Part shown: positions 9,115 to 18,510 of the stretch, piece after piece | How positions within the stretch are numbered: the stretch's first letter is position 1 | Layout of the letters: every line of letters starts with the position of its first letter | Sequence record: SRR22947725_1128 | DNA length: 47,816 nt | Strand: one strand, 5' to 3' | Notes under the pieces: generated by a model | Seen by the model: the letters and a program-made list of their open reading frames with translations, nothing else | What the model was told of the DNA's origin: nothing | Database searches by the model: none | Translations under genes and position numbers: made by a program

Positions 9115-11331
9115 ATGCCCGTTACAAAGTGGATTCCCTGTTTTAAGAAATATACAGTGATCGCTGTGTGTTTACTGGGCGGCAGCATTTCGCTGGTTTG
9201 GGCCTGCGGTCCATGGTTTCCCAACTGGTTGCTCATCCGGGGGGATCAGGAAATACTGAAAGCACCCTCGACTCACTACAAACAGGTATTAAGGCGCATC
9301 AGCCAAGATTCCTCCTCCATGTACAAGACGGTTCGTTCAGACAAGAACGAGGCAGAACAAACGTTGGATGCGGCCTTACAGGATCTTCGTGCCTCCTTGA
9401 TGGATTCGTCCATGGATCTGCCTGGAAGGGCTCAAGTGCTGGAAGATCATCGTGTTGCTAGAAAATCGTTGATTGCATATCGTAAGGCATTGCATCAATG
9501 GGGTGCAGGATCTGATCTCTGGTTATTGAAAAAGCCAGAACCGCCTGCCATGAGTGCTCCCGAGGTAACGAAGGGGTTGCCGACTGAATTCGCCCTCTAT
9601 TTTGAGGGCGCAATTGCATTCCATCAAAGTGATTTTGCCAAGGCTCGCTCTCGATGGTTGAAGGTCCTGGAATTACCCGAATCGCAACGTCGATACCGAT
9701 CAATCTGGGCCGAATTCATGCTTGGTAAACTCGACGTCGATACGCATCCGGATCACGCGATCATCCGCTTTCGCCATGTCCGTTCTCTGGTTGATCAAGG
9801 TTTTGTAGATAGTCTGGGACTGGCTGCATCGAGTCTAGGCTGGGCGGCTCGATCGTATCTGAGGAAGAGTCAATACAGGGAAGCCATCGATCTCTACCTC
9901 GAACAATTGAACACTGGGGACGTTCCATCGGCCGATGTTTCTATTCGCTGGACTTTGGATCGAGCCTTTCGGGAGGGGCCGAGAAGTTTTGCTGATTTGG
10001 CACAAACTCCAAAGATTCGAAGGGTCGTCACGGCTTATTTGACTTCACGTCATCGTTCTCCATGGGACCTGCACGTTCCCGAAGAAATCGAGCTTGTAAA
10101 TGCATGGGTTTCCGCTGTTGAAGCTGCCACTTCTGAAAAAGATCCTTTATTCGAATTACTTGCATTGGCCGTGTACCAGCGTGGTCTTTATGATTTGAGT
10201 GAACGTTTACTCGGCCGGGCACCGCGGGACGGCATTCTATCTGCATGGTTGCATTCAAAACTTTTATTTCGAAAAGGTCATATCCAGGAAGCCATGGACA
10301 TGCTGACGCAGGTCGTGGAACATTTCCCAAACCCGCAGGACATGGATACTACCCTCTATGCCTCCGGTGCCACGCGATCCCTGATCGGTGATCAGCCTGG
10401 CCTGATTTATCGATCGGCCCTCTCCAATGGCTCCGATCAACCTCAGGGTGAATTGGGTCTCCATTTATTGCATCGGGGTGAATTTATCAAAGCGATGGAT
10501 ACATTGCTTCGGGCGGGTTACTGGATGGATGGAGCTTATGTCGCGGAACGTGTCCTGTCCCTCGATGAACTGAAGGAATACGTGGATCGTACCTGGCCGG
10601 CCTTGACGTCCAATGCTTCTCCGTTAAATGGTGGAAGGCTCAGCACCCTGGAGGAGACGACGCACTATCGAATTCGATATTTACTGGCTCGGCGTCTGGC
10701 CCGGGAAAATCAAGACAGGGAAGCCACTGCTTATTATCCTTCGAAATGGCGTGAGCAACACCAGTTGCTTGCAATGAACCTGAGAGCGGGCCGCTCCAGT
10801 GCTCAACCGCCTGCACTGCGTGCAAAAGCACTATGGGATGCCGCCAGGACGACGCGTTATTTCGGCTTGGAGTTGATCGCTACTGAGTTGGGGCCTGACT
10901 GGGCCATTCACGATGGAAACTTTGAAGAGGGGGTTACTTTGAAAGCACGTCAATTCAGGGACGGAAATACCAAGCTTACTCCGACAAAGGAAGAGTTGCG
11001 GAGAGCGGCTGAGACTCGTCTTGAACCCTTCCAAAGGTATCATTATCGTTTCATTGCAGCCGACATCGCATGGAATGCCTTACAATGGATGCCTGACAAT
11101 GAGGTTGATACGGCTCGAGCCTTTTGCGAAGCAGGTGCTTGGATCAAGAACATCAATCCCAAGGCTGCAGATCGCTTTTATAAAGCCCTGGTGAGACGAT
11201 GTCCAGAGACCGAAATCGGTAAAGCGGCCGAACAATTGCACTGGTTTCCAGCATTGGATGAAAACGGCAATCTTGCCATTGATAAACCGAAGCCTCCAGA
11301 CAGCGTTTCAGTGGAATTAAAGTTATTCTGA
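9115..11331 (+). CDS. Large exported TPR/alpha-solenoid protein, typical upstream partner of DUF3142 genes
   Basis: Signal peptide ending ...VWA-CGPWFP, helical repeats rich in A/L/Y/W, and a C-terminal RYHYR...C.AG.W...FY...C block. It ends 22 nt upstream of the DUF3142 gene. Confidence 0.75.
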   Translation: MPVTKWIPCFKKYTVIAVCLLGGSISLVWACGPWFPNWLLIRGDQEILKAPSTHYKQVLRRISQDSSSMYKTVRSDKNEAEQTLDAALQDLRASLMDSSMDLPGRAQVLEDHRVARKSLIAYRKALHQWGAGSDLWLLKKPEPPAMSAPEVTKGLPTEFALYFEGAIAFHQSDFAKARSRWLKVLELPESQRRYRSIWAEFMLGKLDVDTHPDHAIIRFRHVRSLVDQGFVDSLGLAASSLGWAARSYLRKSQYREAIDLYLEQLNTGDVPSADVSIRWTLDRAFREGPRSFADLAQTPKIRRVVTAYLTSRHRSPWDLHVPEEIELVNAWVSAVEAATSEKDPLFELLALAVYQRGLYDLSERLLGRAPRDGILSAWLHSKLLFRKGHIQEAMDMLTQVVEHFPNPQDMDTTLYASGATRSLIGDQPGLIYRSALSNGSDQPQGELGLHLLHRGEFIKAMDTLLRAGYWMDGAYVAERVLSLDELKEYVDRTWPALTSNASPLNGGRLSTLEETTHYRIRYLLARRLARENQDREATAYYPSKWREQHQLLAMNLRAGRSSAQPPALRAKALWDAARTTRYFGLELIATELGPDWAIHDGNFEEGVTLKARQFRDGNTKLTPTKEELRRAAETRLEPFQRYHYRFIAADIAWNALQWMPDNEVDTARAFCEAGAWIKNINPKAADRFYKALVRRCPETEIGKAAEQLHWFPALDENGNLAIDKPKPPDSVSVELKLF

Positions 11332-11353
11332 TCGGATTTGGATTCTGAATGGT

Positions 11354-12670
11354 ATGTTTCGTTGCTTCAAAAACGATCCGCGAAAAATGTTTTTCTGGGG
11401 AGCTTTACTGCTCTTTGGTCTGGCCGCTGCCTGGCCCCGTGTGCGGCCCATGCGAACGGCTTCGGGCCCAATGCTGCAGGATGCTTACCTGTGGCAACGT
11501 GATTGGAATGATCACGTGAAGCAATCGATATCGGAACACGCCTCTTCCTTCCGCCAATTGGCCGTGTTGCATGCTGAGGTGCGCTGGACAGATCAGGGCG
11601 AGCCGCTGCGCCATGTGGCTTTGGACTTCGATACCCTGCGACAAACCGGACAGGAAATCGGCCTTTGTTTGCGTATCGGTTCATTCTCCGGTCCATTTCA
11701 TGAGGAGGACGAACGCACTCGTTGGCTGGTGAATATTTGTCAATCCATGCTTGCCGAAGCAAACGATCATTCGATGACCGTTGCTGAAATTCAGATTGAT
11801 TTCGATTGTGCGGAATCCAAACTGTCGGGCTACATGCAATGGATCCAAGCGATTCGAGTGGCCATTGCTCCGACTCCATTGGTGATCACTGCATTACCAA
11901 GTTGGCTGGATCGGGCCTCTTTTCGATCGTTGATCGAAAAAGTGGACGCCTACGTTTTACAGGTCCACTCAGTGACGCCACCCAAATCTTACGGGCAGGC
12001 AGTGACGCTTTGTGATCCCGAGGCAGCCAAGCGAGCGGTTGAGCGCGCCGGTGGATTTGGAATGCCCTTTCGTGTGGCTCTCCCTACATATGGTTATTTA
12101 ATGGCGTTTGATGAGAAGTCCAAGTTTGTGGGACTCTCGGCTGAAACTTTGCCGACTCATTGGCCCTTGATTTCCACCGTGGAAGAGGCGTGGTCCGAGC
12201 CCGAGGCGATCGTGGAGCTTATTCGAACCTGGCAGCATCAACGACCGGAATGCATGGAAGGATTGATCTGGTTTCGATTGCCGGTGGTTGGGGATCGCAT
12301 GAATTGGTCATGGCCCACTTTGGCCGCAGTGAGGGATGGACGAGTGCCACAAGCGAAGTGGGAGTGTGATCTCAGGACATCCGAGCAGGGAACGGTGGAA
12401 GTGTTTTTGAAAAATAGTGGCGAAGCGAATGGTAAACCTCCCAAAGCCGTTCGTGTCTTCTGGGAAAAAGCGCGGCTTGTGGCTGGTGACGCGGTAGAGG
12501 GATTTGAATTCCAATCAGGTTCCCATGAGGCTTGGTTTCTTTCGGGTTCTCAATCCTACGGGACGGATTTTCGCCCTGACCAGGAAAAACCCATCGGTTG
12601 GCTTGCTCTGGACTCCCCAGCAAAATTGCACAGCAAGTTGCTGCGCGAAGCAACCGCCTTGGGTTTCTGA
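11354..12670 (+). CDS. DUF3142 domain protein (predicted GH18-like TIM barrel plus C-terminal beta domain)
   Basis: AYLWQR, EIQIDFDC, ITALPSW, VLQVH, FRVALPTY and IWFRLP motifs, with an N-terminal hydrophobic segment. Confidence 0.8.
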   Translation: MFRCFKNDPRKMFFWGALLLFGLAAAWPRVRPMRTASGPMLQDAYLWQRDWNDHVKQSISEHASSFRQLAVLHAEVRWTDQGEPLRHVALDFDTLRQTGQEIGLCLRIGSFSGPFHEEDERTRWLVNICQSMLAEANDHSMTVAEIQIDFDCAESKLSGYMQWIQAIRVAIAPTPLVITALPSWLDRASFRSLIEKVDAYVLQVHSVTPPKSYGQAVTLCDPEAAKRAVERAGGFGMPFRVALPTYGYLMAFDEKSKFVGLSAETLPTHWPLISTVEEAWSEPEAIVELIRTWQHQRPECMEGLIWFRLPVVGDRMNWSWPTLAAVRDGRVPQAKWECDLRTSEQGTVEVFLKNSGEANGKPPKAVRVFWEKARLVAGDAVEGFEFQSGSHEAWFLSGSQSYGTDFRPDQEKPIGWLALDSPAKLHSKLLREATALGF

Positions 12671-12692
12671 CACAGTGATAAACATCATGCAT

Positions 12693-12739
12693 GCATGGGC
12701 GCTCAGGGCATACGAAGTCACGTGTCTGATCACCCATGC
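12693..12739 (+). terminator. Imperfect stem-loop after the DUF3142 gene (possible terminator or stabiliser)
   Basis: GCATGGGCGCTCAGGGCA pairs with TGTCTGATCACCCATGC. There is no U-tract. Confidence 0.35.
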
Positions 12740-12907
12740 TATATGTACAATTCATCAGTTTGGGCAATGTTGCAGCGGTTATCGAAGACCATGGGATCCT
12801 GAAATGTATCGATTAATCTGAATCGCGCATCCAAATCAACTTGAAACAAGTAGGCAAGCCCACATAGGTTGGTGACCTGTTGGATTTACTCCATACCCTT
12901 GATATTT

Positions 12908-14161
12908 ATGACAATCTTTGAATTAACGGCACTATTAATAACAGTCGCTGCCGTCTGTGGATTTCTCAATGAGAAATATGTTCGTATGCCGACGACGATT
13001 GGCTTGATGTTCATCGCATCCGTATTTTCGATGGGATTGCTTGTCCTTGGGGCAATGGGTAGCGGTGTGGCTGGAGCCGCTGAACAAATGATTGCTCAAA
13101 TTGATTTTGAGGAGGCGCTGATGAAGGGGATGCTTTGTTTTTTGCTTTTTGCTGGGGCCCTTCACATGAACCTTGAGAACCTTCTCAGCAAGTTTCGTAT
13201 CATCAGTTTTATGGCTACGATAGGCGTTGTTCTTTCAACCTTGCTCGTAGGCGCGGCGACCAAAGGAGTTGTGACCATACTCGGGATGGATCTATCCTGG
13301 ATTTATTGCTTTCTATTCGGAGCCTTGATTTCACCAACGGACCCGATCGCGGTTGTGTCTTTGCTGAAAAAAATGGGGGCACCCAAATCTCTTGAGACAA
13401 AAATTGTTGGTGAATCGCTTTTTAATGATGGCGTGGGAGTCGTTGTGTTTCTGGTCTTGTTAAAGGTACTCACGGGGACTGAACCCATGACAGCCGGTTT
13501 TGTTGCAAAACTCTTCATTCAGGAGGCGGTAGGTGGAGTAGGAATCGGATTGGCTCTGGGTTATATCGGATATCGTATGCTGAAATCACTGGATAATTAC
13601 TCCATTGAAGTGATCGTGACGCTGGCTCTTGTAATGGGTGGCTATGCTTTGTCGATGAAACTACACGTTTCTGGCCCTTTGGCCATGGTCGTGATTGGTT
13701 TGATGATGGGGAATATTGGTCGTGTCATGGCGATGTCCGAAAAAACCAGAGAACATCTGGATACATTCTGGGAACTGATAGATGAAATCCTGAATGCAAT
13801 CTTATTTGTTCTTCTTGGATTGGAACTCATCATTTTGAAACTGAGCCCTCAATCCGTCGGTTTCGGACTGATTGCAATTCCCCTTGTATTAGCGATTCGA
13901 TTGATGTGCGTTTGGTTGCCAGTTAGTCTGCTGCGTCGCATGGGGGATCCTTTCATTCCACACGCGGTTAAATTGTTGACTTGGGGCGGTCTCAGGGGAG
14001 CTATCTCAGTCGCTTTGGCACTGGCATTACCCTCGGGTAAGGAACGTGAATTGATCCTCGTGGCAACTTACTGTGTTGTTTTATTTTCAATCATTGTGCA
14101 GGGATTAACCATGGGACGCTTGCTTGAAAAAACAACTGGCAACTTGTCTGTCAAAGATTGA
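12908..14161 (+). CDS. nhaP: Na+/H+ antiporter, CPA1/NhaP family
   Basis: Polytopic membrane protein with ISPTDPIAV, GESLFNDG and WGGLRGA motifs. ATG at 12908. Confidence 0.9.
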   Translation: MTIFELTALLITVAAVCGFLNEKYVRMPTTIGLMFIASVFSMGLLVLGAMGSGVAGAAEQMIAQIDFEEALMKGMLCFLLFAGALHMNLENLLSKFRIISFMATIGVVLSTLLVGAATKGVVTILGMDLSWIYCFLFGALISPTDPIAVVSLLKKMGAPKSLETKIVGESLFNDGVGVVVFLVLLKVLTGTEPMTAGFVAKLFIQEAVGGVGIGLALGYIGYRMLKSLDNYSIEVIVTLALVMGGYALSMKLHVSGPLAMVVIGLMMGNIGRVMAMSEKTREHLDTFWELIDEILNAILFVLLGLELIILKLSPQSVGFGLIAIPLVLAIRLMCVWLPVSLLRRMGDPFIPHAVKLLTWGGLRGAISVALALALPSGKERELILVATYCVVLFSIIVQGLTMGRLLEKTTGNLSVKD

Positions 14162-14183
14162 CTGCAATTCAATGGAGCTTCTC

Positions 14184-15944
14184 CTAAAACCTTGCATTGG
14201 TGAGCCAAACACTCTGATACGGGCAAAGTTCCATCGTGCCGTTTGTGTCCTCAACGGCTTTATCCAGGATTAAATCCACCCACGCGTCGGTAGAAATTAA
14301 ATTGATCTCGCGTAGTTGTATTTCAACAAATTCATCACTTAAATTGTTCAAGCAGAAAATGCTTTGATCCCGTCGAATGCTCTGACGCCAGAAGGCAAAT
14401 ATTTGGTGACCCAGATGGAGAGTGAATTGGGTCGCATTTGGATGGAACGCGGGTTGCCTGCGCCGTATGGCAATCAATCTCAGGATTCCCTTGAAGATCC
14501 GAGCATGGATACTGGAGGGTTCATCAAGAACTGAATTCAATGAATCCAAATCCCATTGGTGTCGATTGATAGAGCGATTGTGTCCGGTGGTTTTAACTTT
14601 TTCATGATCATTTGGCGTGCCAAAGAGGCTGTGTATATAGATTCCCGGAATGCCTTCAATGGCGAGCAAGATGGTATGCGCAGAAATGAACCTCTCAAAA
14701 TGCCATTCGTCCACACCGGTCTTGAAAGTCATTCGCAAGGCGTCGAACAAGCCTATATTGATTTCGTAAGGTGATGGGATTCCGGTTTCTGATGCACGCC
14801 AGGAAACACTACCCCCCATCTGTTCCATGGTTTCGACCAAGGTGCGCATTTCTTGTTCTTCGAGCAATCCCTCAGCTGGGCGGAGGCCGATGCCGTCGTG
14901 CGATGCGATGAAGTTAAAGTAAGCCGTTCCTTCCTGTGCGGGCGGCATGCTCATCATCCATGCTTTAAGATGCCTACTGTGACCTGCAAGAAGGGCATGC
15001 AACAAAAGCGGGGGCAATGAAAAGTTGTATATGATGTGAGCTTCGTTGCCGTTGCCGAAATAACTTAAATTTTCATGATTCGGCACATTGGTTTCAGTCA
15101 GCAGCAATACCTTTTCTTCGTAAGTATCCACCAGACTGCGGAGAACCCTCACCACCTCGTGCGTTTGGGGAAGGCTAACACAATTTGTATGCAGGTCTTT
15201 CCATAAATACGCAATGGCATCAAGACGAATTACGCGAATCCCCGCTGACAGGTAATGTGCCAAAACCTTGACCATTTTTATCAGGACCTCTGGGTTTGCA
15301 TAGTTCAAATCAATTTGGTCGTGACTGAAAGTACACCATACATATTTGACACCTGCCTCTGTTTGAATGGGTCTGAGCAAAGGCGATGTTCTGGGTCGTG
15401 TGACTTTGCTCAAATCTTGATCAGATCTTATTTCGATAAAATGGTCTTTGTAATCGGGCTCACTCCTGCAATAAGCCTGGAACCATGAGTGGTCTGCTGA
15501 GCAATGATTGATTACCAAATCGGCCATGAGACGAAAAGTATCCGCTATTTTGGAAACATCGCCCCAATTTCCCAAGTCCCCCCGAATAGAGGTGAAATCT
15601 GAAATGGAGAATCCGTCATCGGACGAATAAGGGAAGAATGGGAGAATGTGAACTCCAGAAAAATAAGTCTGCAATCGGGTCTTCAAAAAATCATACAAAG
15701 TCTCAAAGGGGGATACATCAGGCGCCTTGATCGAATCTCCATAGGTAATCACAAAACAATCTTGTTGATCCCATGATTGACTGTCTGCGGGGAGGGAATG
15801 CCTTGGACCAGAACTTTGGAATGCATTGATCAAGGCCTGAGCCAGGTTTTCGCAATTCTCTTCAGGGTATATAAACTCCAATTTCTGAATCAGTCCACTG
15901 ATACACTCGTTCCTGGTCTCCGTGTCTTGCTTCGATCCATTCAT
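14184..15944 (-). CDS. GH13_18 sucrose-phosphorylase-family enzyme, probably glucosylglycerate phosphorylase
   Basis: ITYGD, HILPFFPYSSDDGF, WCTFSHDQIDLN, RLDAIAYLWK, TETN, SHDGIG and PYEINI motifs. It is the third gene of the gpgP-gpgS operon. Confidence 0.85.
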   Translation of the reverse strand: MNGSKQDTETRNECISGLIQKLEFIYPEENCENLAQALINAFQSSGPRHSLPADSQSWDQQDCFVITYGDSIKAPDVSPFETLYDFLKTRLQTYFSGVHILPFFPYSSDDGFSISDFTSIRGDLGNWGDVSKIADTFRLMADLVINHCSADHSWFQAYCRSEPDYKDHFIEIRSDQDLSKVTRPRTSPLLRPIQTEAGVKYVWCTFSHDQIDLNYANPEVLIKMVKVLAHYLSAGIRVIRLDAIAYLWKDLHTNCVSLPQTHEVVRVLRSLVDTYEEKVLLLTETNVPNHENLSYFGNGNEAHIIYNFSLPPLLLHALLAGHSRHLKAWMMSMPPAQEGTAYFNFIASHDGIGLRPAEGLLEEQEMRTLVETMEQMGGSVSWRASETGIPSPYEINIGLFDALRMTFKTGVDEWHFERFISAHTILLAIEGIPGIYIHSLFGTPNDHEKVKTTGHNRSINRHQWDLDSLNSVLDEPSSIHARIFKGILRLIAIRRRQPAFHPNATQFTLHLGHQIFAFWRQSIRRDQSIFCLNNLSDEFVEIQLREINLISTDAWVDLILDKAVEDTNGTMELCPYQSVWLTNARF

Positions 15945-15961
15945 GAGCTTTATGACATCAA

Positions 15962-17224
15962 CTAAGCCACTTGTAATTGAGTATGCTTTTTTTGAGAAGA
16001 GGGATAACCAAATGATTTCATATCCTGATGCACAGCTTCGGCTAGCTCATGGTTGATGTTCGGCATGGCACTCAGTACTCGGTTCCAGGAAGGGATAAAG
16101 GGAGTATCCATTGAATGATCGAGGAAATATTGTCCAGCCTTCATCAAGTTCTCCGCAAAGAGTTCAACCGTTGCCTCCTCCTTGTGCGTGTCGAGTTCAA
16201 GTCCATTGATTTTCGCGTCTTTGGCAAAGGCCTCTACAAAGTCCAATGCCGTCCGGTAGTAAGTGGCTTTGATAGTGCGGAAGAGTTCCGTCGAAAAGAC
16301 AACCCCGTTTGTGGCTAGTTTGCGGTAGAGTGCCTTGCAGATGTCCATAGACATTTTTGAAAGACCTTTATTGACATCCTCTGGCGATAAATCTTGATGT
16401 TTGTGGTCGTAAACATCGGCTAGTTCCGCTTGGCAAATGCGATTCACCGAATAGTTACGCTTCATCTCAGAGAGTATACCTACTTCAAGCCCCCAATCAT
16501 TAGGAATACGCATGTCGCGTATGGCGTCTGTTCTCAGTGAAAATTCACCTGCAAGGGGATATCTGAAACTATCTAGATACACCAAATGATCATGGTTGCC
16601 TACGACTCTCATCAACGCCTTTATCAGTGGGGTCACCAGGAGTCGGGCCACTCTCCCATTCATTTTTCCATCGGCATAGCGAGCATAATATCCTTTGCAG
16701 AATCTGAAATTAAAGGATGGATGTGCGACTGGGTAGAGCAGGCGAGCTAGCATGGATCGATCATAGGTAGTGATATCGCAGTCATGCAAAGCAATGGATG
16801 ACTGATCATCAGATGCTGTCAAATAGCCCATACAATACCAGACGTTACAGCCTTTTCCCGGCTCAGGAGGGGCCAGAGAATCTTTTTTCAGTTTTGAGTC
16901 GATCTCTTTCAGTCTTGGGCCATCATTCCACAATACCGCATGGTTCTGAGGGAGAACGGAAAAGTATTTCAGAGCCTTTCGATATTCCGATTCATTTGCC
17001 CGGTCCAAACCGATCACTATCTGGGATAAGTATGGAACCTTTCCGAGCTCCCCTAAAATATTTTTCAGGGCCTCTCTCTCCAATTCAGAATACAGGCATG
17101 GAAGAACCAGAGTCATAGGACGTTCCTTGGAGAATTCGATTAATTCTTTTTCTAAGTCATCCAGACCGCGATTCCTCAGGTGGTGCAGTGTTGTGATTGT
17201 TCCGTTTTGGTAAAAGTCTGTCAT
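15962..17224 (-). CDS. gpgS: Glucosyl-3-phosphoglycerate synthase
   Basis: DFYQNG.ITTLH N-terminus, PGKG.NVW, LHDCDI, KGYYAR, GRV.RL, YPLAGEF, DWGLEVG and YDHKHQ motifs. Confidence 0.88.
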   Translation of the reverse strand: MTDFYQNGTITTLHHLRNRGLDDLEKELIEFSKERPMTLVLPCLYSELEREALKNILGELGKVPYLSQIVIGLDRANESEYRKALKYFSVLPQNHAVLWNDGPRLKEIDSKLKKDSLAPPEPGKGCNVWYCMGYLTASDDQSSIALHDCDITTYDRSMLARLLYPVAHPSFNFRFCKGYYARYADGKMNGRVARLLVTPLIKALMRVVGNHDHLVYLDSFRYPLAGEFSLRTDAIRDMRIPNDWGLEVGILSEMKRNYSVNRICQAELADVYDHKHQDLSPEDVNKGLSKMSMDICKALYRKLATNGVVFSTELFRTIKATYYRTALDFVEAFAKDAKINGLELDTHKEEATVELFAENLMKAGQYFLDHSMDTPFIPSWNRVLSAMPNINHELAEAVHQDMKSFGYPSSQKKHTQLQVA

Positions 17225-17261
17225 TTTAATTAATTGAAAATTTTTTAGTAAGTTTCAAATT

Positions 17262-18158
17262 TTAGTGAGTGGCAAGGGATGGGTCTGCCTGTAAGTTCCT
17301 GAGGTGACTGAGTACGGATTCGTTCCAGCCTTGGACCCCGGTCTTTTTACTCGTAATGATTGTCTTTTGATTTGATCTCAAAGGGGGATTTGCATGAGAC
17401 CGAATGCATATTGCGATGTCCGCGGCCTCAAGCATTGGAAGGTCATTCATGCCGTCACCAAGCGCAATGATTTTTACGTGACTACTCACGCTGGTTTTGA
17501 AGAAACTCCGCATCCAGTCAAGGCTAGTGCCTTTGTTGTGCTTGCCTGAGACCATGTGAAAGCGGCCACCTTTGACTATTTGCAACCCTGCTTTCTCCAA
17601 TTTGGAGCTCAGCCAATCCAGATTTGTTGGAGAGTCTTTCCAGAGCAATGGCTCGGAGAATTCTCTGTCCAGAGCAGCATGCAATGATGCTTTCTGTAGT
17701 CCGGTATGAATCTCCAACCCCTGCAACGTCATCTCATCGAATGAAGTGAATTTTAGATCCCTTGCAAATTTGAGATGCTTCAATGTTTTCAGTATATCAG
17801 TCCGCCGATTACCTACGGGGATCCATTCCTTTCTTCGTAATAAATCGTTTTCTGCAGCCCAGTATTTCCCTTTGGCGCTTTTTTTCGGAATAAAAACACC
17901 CCCGCCATTCTCGACGATGAGGGGGCTTCTTATCCCGATTTCCGAAGCAATGTCTAATGTCTCCCGAAGAGTTTTGCTGGTATTCAAGATAAGTGGCAGG
18001 TCCAATTGCCTCAAGAGATCAAGCGCCGGTCTTGCATCCTCCGAGGAGTAGGAGTAATGATCGAGCAGCGACCCATCCAGATCAGATACTACAATCCACC
18101 TCTCACGCTCAAAGTTTTCAGGTGCTGCATCGACTCGCTGCTGTGAAATTAATCTCAT
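17262..18158 (-). CDS. gpgP: Glucosyl/mannosyl-3-phosphoglycerate phosphatase (HAD-IIB)
   Basis: SDLDGSLLD, NTSKT, ENGG, REFSEP, GGRF and LGDGMND motifs. ATG at 18158 follows an AGGCGG RBS-like sequence (the track start at 18179 is GTG). Confidence 0.87.
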   Translation of the reverse strand: MRLISQQRVDAAPENFERERWIVVSDLDGSLLDHYSYSSEDARPALDLLRQLDLPLILNTSKTLRETLDIASEIGIRSPLIVENGGGVFIPKKSAKGKYWAAENDLLRRKEWIPVGNRRTDILKTLKHLKFARDLKFTSFDEMTLQGLEIHTGLQKASLHAALDREFSEPLLWKDSPTNLDWLSSKLEKAGLQIVKGGRFHMVSGKHNKGTSLDWMRSFFKTSVSSHVKIIALGDGMNDLPMLEAADIAICIRSHANPPLRSNQKTIITSKKTGVQGWNESVLSHLRNLQADPSLATH

Positions 18159-18185
18159 GATCACATTGCCGCCTGTCACGGTTAA

Positions 18186-18201
18186 AGCATGAGAGATGCC
18201 A
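18186..18201 (-). promoter_or_regulatory. Sigma-54 (-24/-12) promoter of the gpgP-gpgS-phosphorylase operon
   Basis: Minus strand reads TGGCAT-CTCTC-ATGCT, with exact GG-N10-GC spacing. The implied start site near 18175 lies just upstream of the RBS and ATG at 18158. Confidence 0.6.
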
Positions 18202-18510
18202 TTTAAAATAGTGGCTTATGAAAGATGGTAGGTGATATTTTTAAATTCCTTGATACAAAAGTGATAGGCTTCTTATGGATGCGTGGGATCGTTGGCGTTC
18301 GTGTTTTGCAATCTATTGGATAAGGTCCGCCCAACTGCAATGTGAACAAATAAAGTCAAAGTGATTAAAAACCACCAGTCAGTCCACGGGGGGAGGCTCA
18401 CGCAACAGTATTCACTGTTTGATGAGTTCTCATGGGGGCTTTCATCGCTTTGCTACAATTTAATGAATGCCACAGGGTGCAATAACATATCCTCACACTT
18501 TGGGGCGGTT

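Noticed and set aside
12740-12907. Na+/Li+ riboswitch upstream of nhaP
   Set aside because: I could not match the conserved nucleotides of the nhaA-I/II or DUF1646 motifs. An Rfam scan would settle it.
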